A stretch of 20,170 nt of DNA from Oligoflexales bacterium (GTDB taxonomy: Bacteria > Bdellovibrionota_B > Oligoflexia > Oligoflexales > RGVZ01). The stretch is from NCBI GenBank assembly GCA_044236265.1, contig JBIIGV010000049.1, forward strand, positions 1-20,170, read 5' to 3'. The position numbers and the translations under genes are program-made. Shown piece by piece: positions 1 to 7,979 of this stretch; positions within the stretch are counted from its first letter, which is position 1, and each line of letters opens with the position of its first letter. The notes below the pieces were generated by a model. That model searched no databases. It was not told the DNA's origin and worked only from the letters and a program-made list of their open reading frames with translations.

Positions 1-1
1 G

Positions 2-580
2 CTTTACGAAGCTGGACGCTTTACGCCAACGGACACCATTGAGACGGCGTCAGCTATCGAAGCATACAGTTACGGACTTCTAGGCTATGGACTTCTAAAA
101 GTCATGAATAGCTATTATTACGCCACAGGACGTACACGCTTTCCTATGATCGTCAGCCTTCTGAGCATTTTTGCAAATTACATCGCCAATTCCATTCTCG
201 TCAAAAAAATTGGTCATGAAGGCTTGGCTTCGACAGCATCTATTATATTGACTCTAAACTCTCTCCTGCTCATCATCGGTATGCGTAAAGACAAGGTCAT
301 GATTAACTGGAGACAACTTATCGGCTCGATCACTCTTTTATCTGTGGCCTCTAGCCTGGTTGTAATCCTTCACTGGGTCTATGCACCATATGTCGACAAC
401 ACACAGTTCAGCGACTGGCTAGCCATACCCTCTGGTATAACCGCACTCAAAGTAAACGCGGGAATCCGGATTGCGATTGATGGATTTTTCATAGTCGGTT
501 GTTTTGGATTGATAGGATTGGCCAGAATTCGCAAAACTCCTCGCGAGGCACTCAAAATGCTACGTCGGCGTAAGAGTTAG
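2..580 (+). CDS. murJ: Lipid II flippase MurJ/MviN, C-terminal part (5'-truncated by window)
   Basis: The frame is open from base 2: LYEAGRFTPTDTIETASAIEAYSYGLLGYGLLKVMNSYYYATGRTRFPM matches the MurJ pattern LFERGxFxxxDT...AY.lGL....lvKv....FYA.gdTrtP, followed by several hydrophobic helices. The ATG at 104 is internal. Confidence 0.9.
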   Translation, partial: LYEAGRFTPTDTIETASAIEAYSYGLLGYGLLKVMNSYYYATGRTRFPMIVSLLSIFANYIANSILVKKIGHEGLASTASIILTLNSLLLIIGMRKDKVMINWRQLIGSITLLSVASSLVVILHWVYAPYVDNTQFSDWLAIPSGITALKVNAGIRIAIDGFFIVGCFGLIGLARIRKTPREALKMLRRRKS

Positions 581-611
581 TGGCCTGAAAATCTCGACAA
601 TCAATTTAGCA

Positions 612-640
612 TTGACACTATATTATGAGATCTTCAATAT
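612..640 (+). promoter_or_regulatory. Possible sigma70 promoter for the downstream OMP gene
   Basis: Perfect TTGACA at 612-617; a 17-bp spacer gives only a weak -10 (CAATAT, 635-640). Confidence 0.35.
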
Positions 641-681
641 TGCGTGACATCGGACTTAATTTAGTAATAATCGAGATTTTC

Positions 682-1671
682 ATGCAAAAATTTTTAGTCG
701 TATTGTTTGCTTGCTGCATAAATCTAGACGCGAGCACATCAAGTGCCCAGGACAGCGAACCCGAAGAGACAATCACCGAAACCACGCCAGCAAACGGAAC
801 GAAGCCAAAAGCCAAACCTAAATCCGATGCGAGCACAACCCCAATACGAGCTCCAAAAGCAAAAACAACTGATTCCTCATTTGCTAGAGACACTTTGGCC
901 GTCACGCCAAGTGAAACTTCTTGGTGGTCGCCAAAAGGAATGCAACACTCGATTGGAGTTGAGCTTTCAGATTCAAATTTTGGGGTCCTTGGAACCGATG
1001 CCATCGCCTATGGTTTTGCGCTAGAGAAATTTGGAGTCGATTTATATTTCGCTTATACAAAAGACTCAAATTCAGCGACTGTTAATGTCACCCAATCTTC
1101 AAATGAATTATCGAATCCAAAGTCAATGACTGTAACTCAACGGTTCTCTGGGACAGAAAATCCTAAAAAAACAACGCTTGGAATCCAGCCAAAATACTTC
1201 TTCTTTAGCGATCGATGGTTTAAGGCATCGATTGGCTTTTTGTTTGCACAAACACCAAAAACATCTGTCCGCTACAAAACAGGCTCAGTAACAACAATTT
1301 ATTCAGATACATCGAACATGTCGACCTACTCAGTTTCGGAATCGAGTCTTGGTTCTACTTCATCTTCGGTCGATGCAAAGTTGAGTTATGGCCCTCGCAT
1401 CAATGTCGAGTTCTATTTAAAGTGGTTTCCCCATATAGGACTCGGTTTCGGAACTGGATTGATCCAGACGAGTGGCGGTGACGTGAAGAACTCGACGTCA
1501 ACTCAGACGAGAAGCTACGTTGTTACCAATGGGGTCGCAGCGACACCGACATCCGCTCAAACATCCGTGACCACAGACACCACTAAAACCGGCGGCACAT
1601 CAAAAACGATTGCTGTGGGCGGCACCAAATTTAATCTCATGGGTAATTTTGCAATTCGGTATATTTGGTAA
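682..1671 (+). CDS. Hypothetical exported protein, predicted small outer-membrane beta-barrel with Ser/Thr-rich loops
   Basis: ATG 682 (preferred over 625) gives a signal-peptide-like start MQKFLVVLFACCINLDASTSSA|Q, then a Pro/Lys/Thr linker, about 8 amphipathic strands, and a C-terminal beta-signal-like FAIRYIW. Confidence 0.65.
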   Translation: MQKFLVVLFACCINLDASTSSAQDSEPEETITETTPANGTKPKAKPKSDASTTPIRAPKAKTTDSSFARDTLAVTPSETSWWSPKGMQHSIGVELSDSNFGVLGTDAIAYGFALEKFGVDLYFAYTKDSNSATVNVTQSSNELSNPKSMTVTQRFSGTENPKKTTLGIQPKYFFFSDRWFKASIGFLFAQTPKTSVRYKTGSVTTIYSDTSNMSTYSVSESSLGSTSSSVDAKLSYGPRINVEFYLKWFPHIGLGFGTGLIQTSGGDVKNSTSTQTRSYVVTNGVAATPTSAQTSVTTDTTKTGGTSKTIAVGGTKFNLMGNFAIRYIW

Positions 1672-1674
1672 GAA

Positions 1675-1706
1675 CTCTGATCCATCGACCGCTTTGTCGA
1701 TCAGAG
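1675..1706 (+). terminator. Stem-loop directly after the OMP stop (terminator or stability hairpin)
   Basis: CTCTG-(ATCC bulge)-ATCGAC-loop CGCTTT-GTCGAT-CAGAG; no U-tract follows. Confidence 0.35.
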
Positions 1707-1802
1707 AATCAAAATCGACCGCAAACTCAGGGCTGTGTCGTCGTGCTTGGGATTAACAAACCAGCTAGTATAATTAACTGAAAAGACTGGGATAATGACC
1801 GG

Positions 1803-1831
1803 GTGACGGCAAACCCTTGATTTGATATGCT
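1803..1831 (+). promoter_or_regulatory. Putative sigma70 promoter of icmF
   Basis: GTGACG (1803-1808), 17-bp spacer, TATGCT (1826-1831) with extended TG at 1823-1824; about 40 bp upstream of ATG 1871. Confidence 0.5.
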
Positions 1832-1870
1832 TTCTGGCTCCAAGTCATCAAAGGGATTGAAGAAAATACT

Positions 1871-4800
1871 ATGTCTACGACAGAACACCGCGGCAGCGTT
1901 TTAGCGTCTCCTGAAGCAAAAGAACTCCAAGAGTACAAACCCAAAAATAAAATCCGTTTCGTCACGGCAACCGCACTTTTTGATGGGCATGATGCGTCTA
2001 TCAATATCATGCGTCGGCTTTTGCAGGCACGCGGAGCCGAGGTCATTCATTTAGGCCACAATCGATCTGCGAAAGATATCGTACTCGCCGCCCTTCAGGA
2101 AGACGCTCAAGGTATTGCGATCTCCAGCTACCAGGGCGGGCACATGGAGTTTTTCAAGTACATTCGACAATTGCTAGATGAAGCCGGTGCGAAAGACGTA
2201 AAAATATTTGGCGGCGGCGGCGGTGTTATCACAGTCAAAGAAATTGCTGAACTACACCAATCAGGAATCACCCGCATTTATAGTCCTGAAGATGGAGCAA
2301 AACTGGGCCTCGACGGCATGATAGGTCACATGCTGAGAGAAACGGATTTTGCGCACAAAGCGTGGAACAATCGCGATAAATCCTCAGATCAATGGGTCCG
2401 TCTAAGTCGTGCTCTGACACTTCTCGAAAACGGCACCAACAAAATTGAAGAGCTGACTAAAGCACTTGAACCAGTCAAACATCACAAATCAAAAATTCCA
2501 GTCATTGGTATTACAGGGACTGGTGGAGCGGGTAAGAGTTCCATTACAGACGAATTGATTTCGCGTTTTCTTTGGGACAACCCCAATATAAAAATTGGAC
2601 TTATATGCATCGATCCTAGCAAAAAGGCGACCGGTGGAGCCCTACTTGGTGACCGCATTCGCGTCAACACCGCCAGTGATGAGCGTGTATTTTTAAGAAG
2701 TTTTGCTACAAGACAGAGCGGCAAAGAGATCGCACATGCCACCCAAGATGCTCTAGCCTTACTTAAGACAAGGGATTTCGACTTCCTTGTAGTGGAAACA
2801 AGCGGTATCGGTCAGGGTGACACAGGAATTCTCGACGTCAGCGACGTCAGCCTCTATGTGATGACTTGCGAATTTGGTGCGCAAACACAGCTAGAAAAAA
2901 TCGACATGCTCGACTTTGCAGATCTCATCGCCATTAACAAATTCGAGCGTCGGCAAGCGCCTGACGCTCTGCGAGATGTGCGCACCCAACTTCGACGTAC
3001 ACGCTTCAAAGGCCAACGCGTTGAAGATGCCCAGTATCCGGTTTTTGGCACCATTGCGAGTCGTTTCAATGACGACGGAACAAACGGGCTCTATAAAGCC
3101 CTTTGTGAAAAGATGAATGAAAAACTCGGTGAGCAACGATTTCAACCGTCGTCCTCGCGCAAATATGCTCTTGAATCTACAAATCGAGGCGCTCTAATTC
3201 CTGGGGAGCGGATCAACTACTTGTCCGACATTTCGCGCGCTGTACGTAGCTACCATGCGACACGTCAAACATGGGTGGAGATGATTCGCAAAGCCGAGTC
3301 CTTGGAGCGCTCCGCGGCTCACATGCTTGATTGTGGTCATAAAGACGTAGCAACTTCACTTTCAGTTGAGGCTGACAAAACATGGAAACTACTACCAGCA
3401 TCACTGCGGGACACGCTAAATGACTGGCCTGACATGTTCAAGAAATACAACAGCGACGAGTTCATATACCAAGTGCGAGGCAAGGATATTTGTGTGAAGT
3501 CTTCTTTCACGACACTTTCCCAGCTAACTTTTCCCAAGGTCGCGCTTCCGCGCTTAGGAAGCAAAGCTGAGATCGCTGACTATCTTCTGCGTGAAAATGT
3601 CCCTGGAAGCTTCCCGTATACAGGGGGTGTTTACCCATTCCGCCGTACTGAAGAAGATCCCAAGCGCCAATTTGCGGGCGAAGGGGGCCCTGCTCGCACC
3701 AACAAGCGTTTTCATTATCTGTCGCGAAATGACCAAGCAAAACGTCTATCTACGGCATTTGACTCCGTAACTCTATATGGCGCCGAGCCTGATCGCCGCC
3801 CTGATATCTACGGTAAGATAGGTGAATCTGGCGTTTCAATTGCCACGCTTGATGACATGAAAGTTCTCTACAGCGGCTTCGATCTATGTTCGCCAATGAC
3901 TTCTGTGTCCATGACAATTAACGGACCCGCGCCAATTATCTTGGCGATGTTTCTGAACACCGCTGTCGATCAACAGATTGATGACTTTAAGTCGAAGCAC
4001 AATCGCGCCCCAGATCCAGATGAGCACCGCTCCATCTATGATAAGACCCTGCAAACAGTCCGCGGCACGGTACAAGCTGACATCCTCAAGGAAGATCAGG
4101 CGCAAAACACCTGCATCTTCTCCACAGAGTTTGCTCTTAAGCTGATGGGTGACATTCAAGAGTACTTCATTGAAAAATCGGTGCGCAATTACTACTCCGT
4201 CTCGATTTCCGGCTATCACATTGCCGAGGCGGGAGCGAATCCTATAAGTCAGCTGGCATTCACTCTGGCCAATGGATTCACATATGTGGAGTATTACCTT
4301 GCCCGTGGGATGAAGATTGATGACTTCGCTCCCAACCTGAGTTTCTTCTTCTCTAACGGTGTCGACGCCGAATACGCAGTCATTGGGCGCGTTGCCCGAA
4401 GAATTTGGTCTATAGCAATGCGCGATCTCTATAAGGCCAGCGAACGCAGCCAAATGCTGAAATATCATATCCAAACATCCGGCCGGTCTTTGCACGCCAT
4501 GGAGATCGATTTCAACGATATAAGGACAACGCTTCAAGCATTATTAGCTCTTTACGATAACTGTAACTCACTCCACACCAACGCGTATGATGAGGCCATC
4601 ACAACACCAACAGAGGAAAGCGTACGACGCGCCATGGCGATCCAAATGATCATCAACAAGGAGTTTGGACCAAACAAGTGTGAAAACGTGAATCAGGGCA
4701 GCTACATCCTTGAACTACTCACAGATGCCGTGGAGGAAGCGGTATTACAGGAGTTTGACCGACTATCGTCCCGAGGCGGAGTGTTGGGGTCCATGGAAAC

Positions 4801-5170
4801 ACAGTACCAACGAAGCAAGATTCAAGAAGAAAGCCTCTACTACGAACACTTGAAACACACGGGAGAGCTCCCCATCATTGGTGTCAACACCTACCTGAAC
4901 CCAAAAGTTATCTCTGGGGAGTACGAGCGACCTGAAATTGAACTAGCACGTGCAAGCTACGATGAAAAAGACGATCAATTGAAGCGTCTCCAGGCATTTA
5001 AGGATCAAGCCAAAGCGTCCAAAGAAAAGGCGCTACAAGGGCTTGCAAATGCGGTTCTGGAGAATCGTAATATTTTTGCCGAGCTCATGCACACTGTGCG
5101 CTTTGCAAGCCTTGGTGAAATCTCTGACCTCCTCTACCGGGTCGGCGGTCGTTACCGAAGGTCTATGTAA
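1871..5170 (+). CDS. icmF: Fused isobutyryl-CoA mutase / MeaI-type GTPase chaperone (B12-dependent)
   Basis: 1099 aa. N-terminal cobalamin-binding domain ([20 protein letters not shown]), G-domain ([23 protein letters not shown]), then mutase barrel ([42 protein letters not shown]). Confidence 0.97.
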   Translation: MSTTEHRGSVLASPEAKELQEYKPKNKIRFVTATALFDGHDASINIMRRLLQARGAEVIHLGHNRSAKDIVLAALQEDAQGIAISSYQGGHMEFFKYIRQLLDEAGAKDVKIFGGGGGVITVKEIAELHQSGITRIYSPEDGAKLGLDGMIGHMLRETDFAHKAWNNRDKSSDQWVRLSRALTLLENGTNKIEELTKALEPVKHHKSKIPVIGITGTGGAGKSSITDELISRFLWDNPNIKIGLICIDPSKKATGGALLGDRIRVNTASDERVFLRSFATRQSGKEIAHATQDALALLKTRDFDFLVVETSGIGQGDTGILDVSDVSLYVMTCEFGAQTQLEKIDMLDFADLIAINKFERRQAPDALRDVRTQLRRTRFKGQRVEDAQYPVFGTIASRFNDDGTNGLYKALCEKMNEKLGEQRFQPSSSRKYALESTNRGALIPGERINYLSDISRAVRSYHATRQTWVEMIRKAESLERSAAHMLDCGHKDVATSLSVEADKTWKLLPASLRDTLNDWPDMFKKYNSDEFIYQVRGKDICVKSSFTTLSQLTFPKVALPRLGSKAEIADYLLRENVPGSFPYTGGVYPFRRTEEDPKRQFAGEGGPARTNKRFHYLSRNDQAKRLSTAFDSVTLYGAEPDRRPDIYGKIGESGVSIATLDDMKVLYSGFDLCSPMTSVSMTINGPAPIILAMFLNTAVDQQIDDFKSKHNRAPDPDEHRSIYDKTLQTVRGTVQADILKEDQAQNTCIFSTEFALKLMGDIQEYFIEKSVRNYYSVSISGYHIAEAGANPISQLAFTLANGFTYVEYYLARGMKIDDFAPNLSFFFSNGVDAEYAVIGRVARRIWSIAMRDLYKASERSQMLKYHIQTSGRSLHAMEIDFNDIRTTLQALLALYDNCNSLHTNAYDEAITTPTEESVRRAMAIQMIINKEFGPNKCENVNQGSYILELLTDAVEEAVLQEFDRLSSRGGVLGSMETQYQRSKIQEESLYYEHLKHTGELPIIGVNTYLNPKVISGEYERPEIELARASYDEKDDQLKRLQAFKDQAKASKEKALQGLANAVLENRNIFAELMHTVRFASLGEISDLLYRVGGRYRRSM

Positions 5171-5183
5171 GGAATGACCGCCC

Positions 5184-5717
5184 ATGTTTGAACGCTCCAT
5201 ACTTCAGCATTGGACCCCGATTGGCTGGCTAACTCTCCGTGCCAACCATGCGGGTCTAACCGATGTCGAATTTGGAAAAACAGCATGTAACTTTGGTGAT
5301 TCTGAAATTTTGCATAAAACATGTGGGCAGCTTGACGAATACTTTCTTGGAAAGCGTACCAGTTTCGATGTACCAGTTTTTTTAACTGGGACCTCATTCC
5401 AAAAAACGGTTTGGATGGCGTTGAAAAAAATACCGTGCGGCGCACTCCCGTCCTATAGCGATCTGGCAGCTGACATAGGCCGCCCGAGTGCCGTACGGGC
5501 CGTTGGAATGGCTCTCAATAAAAACCCCTTACCGATCATTATTCCCTGTCACCGGGTCATCGGCCGCGACGGCAGTCTTACTGGTTATGCTGGTGGCCTG
5601 GAGATCAAACGAAAGCTGATTGATTTGGAATTACGAGCAGACAAACGTCAATCTTCGATTGCGGGAGGTCTCGATCTCGGGATCACCGGAGATCTCCGCG
5701 CGGCATCAGACCAATAA
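5184..5717 (+). CDS. ogt: Methylated-DNA--protein-cysteine S-methyltransferase
   Basis: TPIGWL, QLDEYFLGKRTSFDVP, GTSFQKTVW, AVRAVG, active site IIIPCHRVIG, GYAGGLEIKRKLIDLE. Confidence 0.95.
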   Translation: MFERSILQHWTPIGWLTLRANHAGLTDVEFGKTACNFGDSEILHKTCGQLDEYFLGKRTSFDVPVFLTGTSFQKTVWMALKKIPCGALPSYSDLAADIGRPSAVRAVGMALNKNPLPIIIPCHRVIGRDGSLTGYAGGLEIKRKLIDLELRADKRQSSIAGGLDLGITGDLRAASDQ

Positions 5718-7061
5718 ACGAAAGCTTTCACGGATTTGCTTCAATGCCAGATCCATTGGAATTTTCACAAGCCACCCTCCGTCTTCGCTGCGTGCCAGAT
5801 GCCCCCAGCCTGATAATAAGACGAAACCAACGTAATTGGATCCAAACAAATTTTTCTTATCCGAAACGAGTAGCTTTGAAAACTCATCGTCCGACATTCC
5901 AGTAATCAGATTCAAAATATCCCGATCGGGAATTAGATTTGCCTCTATTAGATCTTTTGTATATTGCCCAGCATCAAAACCATAGATCTCACTGGAAACA
6001 CGAAGGGCGTGAAACATGCCAAGTGCTACACAGGCTCCATGAGACACTCGCAATTGACGTCGATTCAGCATTGTTTCCACAGCATGCCCGAGCGTGTGTC
6101 CAAAATTCAAAACTGCTCGCTCACCGGCTTCAAAAGGGTCTCGCGCAACCACGTTCGCTTTAATCTCTAGCACTGAGGGGATTAACCCACGAACATCCTG
6201 CCATCGAGCGGAGCGCGAAATGGCCATCAGACTGTTCCAAAGCATCTGATCTCCAGCCAAAGCCGCGTGCTTCAATGCCTCAACCATGCCACTCTTGATC
6301 TCGGTCAGCGGAAGGGTCTCCAGCCAGCGGGTGCAGAGATTTACACTGATTGGCGGATTAAAAAGTCCAACCTGATTTTTACCCCATTGTTCAAAATTCA
6401 CCCCCACCTTGCCACCAATTGAGCTGTCCACCATGGAAAGCAGTGTTGTAGGAACAAATCGACAGGGTAGACCGAGAAGGCCACTGGCGAATCCGACAAC
6501 ATCACCGGCAACGCCGCCACCCACCACAACAATATTTTTAGGAGATTTTTCCTGACGTCGCACAATATTCATGATGTCAGCGACAGCCGTCAGGTCTTTT
6601 CTTTCTTCATCAAAATCGACCACGTTTAGTCCATTTGGAATCTGGTTCCACCAAAATTCCGACACACGACGATCAACAATGACTAACTCACGACTGCTAG
6701 AAAATGCGAATGTTGACATTAAATCATCAAAAAATTGAATTTCATAAGTGCTCGCTGTAGAGACATCATCAACACCAAGTACGCGAACACCCCGCTTATA
6801 AACTTTTGCAGCGGCAAGAAGTGGCTTGTGTAAATAAGGATCGATATTCGAAATATCCCACGCAACATCACGTGATAATCCGTTGGCGAATGCAGAGCGT
6901 AGAATTCCAATTACAGACTCATAACCAAAAAGGCGCGTTGAAAGGACTTTTTCACCAGAATCCGAGTCAACGATCAGGCTTTGGTTCCAGACGAAATTTC
7001 TTTTCTCTGAACCAGGCCCACTCATTTTCGGAACTTCGATGGTCAATTGTCGATTTGGCAA
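5706..7061 (-). CDS. aroB: 3-dehydroquinate synthase with N-terminal extension
   Basis: GGGVAGDVVGF, PTTLLSMVDSSIGGKVGVN, KNQVGLF, EALKH, GERAVLNFGHTLGHAVE, SHG and DKK motifs. Start placed at TTG 7061 because AAGGAG lies 6 nt upstream; alternatives are 7088 and 7025. Confidence 0.88.
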   Translation of the reverse strand: MPNRQLTIEVPKMSGPGSEKRNFVWNQSLIVDSDSGEKVLSTRLFGYESVIGILRSAFANGLSRDVAWDISNIDPYLHKPLLAAAKVYKRGVRVLGVDDVSTASTYEIQFFDDLMSTFAFSSSRELVIVDRRVSEFWWNQIPNGLNVVDFDEERKDLTAVADIMNIVRRQEKSPKNIVVVGGGVAGDVVGFASGLLGLPCRFVPTTLLSMVDSSIGGKVGVNFEQWGKNQVGLFNPPISVNLCTRWLETLPLTEIKSGMVEALKHAALAGDQMLWNSLMAISRSARWQDVRGLIPSVLEIKANVVARDPFEAGERAVLNFGHTLGHAVETMLNRRQLRVSHGACVALGMFHALRVSSEIYGFDAGQYTKDLIEANLIPDRDILNLITGMSDDEFSKLLVSDKKNLFGSNYVGFVLLSGWGHLARSEDGGWLVKIPMDLALKQIRESFRLLV

Positions 7062-7114
7062 ATCAGGCTCCTTTTGCCTGTAAATCAAGAGGCTTTGGAT
7101 AATAGTCCAATTCC

Positions 7115-7125
7115 ATTATAGCACA
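7115..7125 (-). promoter_or_regulatory. Extended -10 promoter for aroB
   Basis: The minus strand reads TGTGCTATAAT, a perfect TRTGnTATAAT, 54 bp upstream of TTG 7061. Confidence 0.6.
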
Positions 7126-7216
7126 CTGAATTTAAGAGTCAGGGACAACTTCCGAAACCAGACTGTCACTATAGTTAATCCGGGGCCAGGATGGCTCCGC
7201 AGAAAAGGACTCAAGG

Positions 7217-7726
7217 ATGAGTTTGAAGCCTAAAATGTCAGGCCCTACGGGAAAACACTTCCGTAAGCAGCTTGATAATATTACGCGCCGCAAACTCAAT
7301 GAAAATAAAGTCGTCTCCCTCTCTGAATACCGTGACATCAAAAAATCCAAGAGCAAGAAAACCGTGCTCGTCGTTGATGACGAAGAAATTATGAGGAATG
7401 CGTTAAAGCGCGTTCTTGAAGGAGAACATTATAACGTTCTACTTGCCGAAGACGGCTATGCACTCAGCCACTTTCTGGAGACGACGATTCTTGACGTGAT
7501 CCTTCTCGATGTGAATCTTCCCTGGGTCGACGGTTTTGAGCTTGTCCATTTGATTAAGAGTCACAGCGTTCTGAAAGACGTACCTGTCATCATGGTTTCA
7601 GGCCGCAAATCTACCGAGGACATTCAAAGGGCGATGGCTTTAGGCGCTAATGACTTTATCGCTAAGCCGTTTGACGTGGATTTCCTCCTAAATTCGATCC
7701 GCAAGAACCTGCAAAGCGCCGGTTAA
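7217..7726 (+). CDS. Single-domain (CheY-like) response regulator with ~47-aa basic N-terminal extension
   Basis: VLVVDD, phospho-acceptor ILLDVNLPWVDG, IMVSG, FIAKPF; no output domain. Confidence 0.9.
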   Translation: MSLKPKMSGPTGKHFRKQLDNITRRKLNENKVVSLSEYRDIKKSKSKKTVLVVDDEEIMRNALKRVLEGEHYNVLLAEDGYALSHFLETTILDVILLDVNLPWVDGFELVHLIKSHSVLKDVPVIMVSGRKSTEDIQRAMALGANDFIAKPFDVDFLLNSIRKNLQSAG

Positions 7727-7784
7727 AATTCTGTAATATATTAATATAAATGATCTTTTCCACACATCGCCCACCAAAAAGTCA

Positions 7785-7814
7785 TTGACACCTCATCATC
7801 TGATCAGGTATTCC
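7785..7814 (+). promoter_or_regulatory. Putative tRNA promoter
   Basis: Perfect TTGACA at 7785-7790 after an A-tract (7776-7780); weak -10 (TATTCC, 18-bp spacer); the tRNA starts at 7833. Confidence 0.5.
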
Positions 7815-7832
7815 ATCTAGTCTACCAACTTT

Positions 7833-7908
<76 letters not shown>

Positions 7909-7916
7909 TAAAACAT

Positions 7917-7947
7917 AAAGCCTGCGCCAACCAGCGCAGGCTTTTTT
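7917..7947. terminator. Intrinsic terminator, probably bidirectional
   Basis: AAAGCCTGCGC-CAACCA-GCGCAGGCTTT with a T6 run on +; the A-rich 5' flank gives a U-rich tail on -. It lies between the convergent tRNA and the lipoprotein gene. Confidence 0.9.
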
Positions 7948-7979
7948 GTTGATGCTGAAACTATATCCGAACAGGTCCG

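Noticed and set aside
618..1024. ORFs 618..1004 (-) and 743..1024 (+), and the ATG 625 start for the OMP
   Set aside because: They overlap the OMP gene. ATG 625 lies inside the putative promoter and buries the signal peptide.
1672..1870. Cobalamin or c-di-GMP-I riboswitch upstream of icmF (GGCAAACCC at 1808-1816; CCCTTGAT/ATCAAAGGG pairing)
   Set aside because: No B12-box or GGGAA/CACTG core, and no GNRA-capped stem or ACGCAAAG after the stem. The predicted promoter at 1803-1831 leaves only a ~33-nt leader.
3884..4537. 217-aa antisense ORF and other short ORFs inside icmF
   Set aside because: Shadow frames of a conserved gene; no recognisable motifs.
6747..7088. Intact AroK-AroB fusion
   Set aside because: No Walker A motif, and the segment is too short for shikimate kinase.
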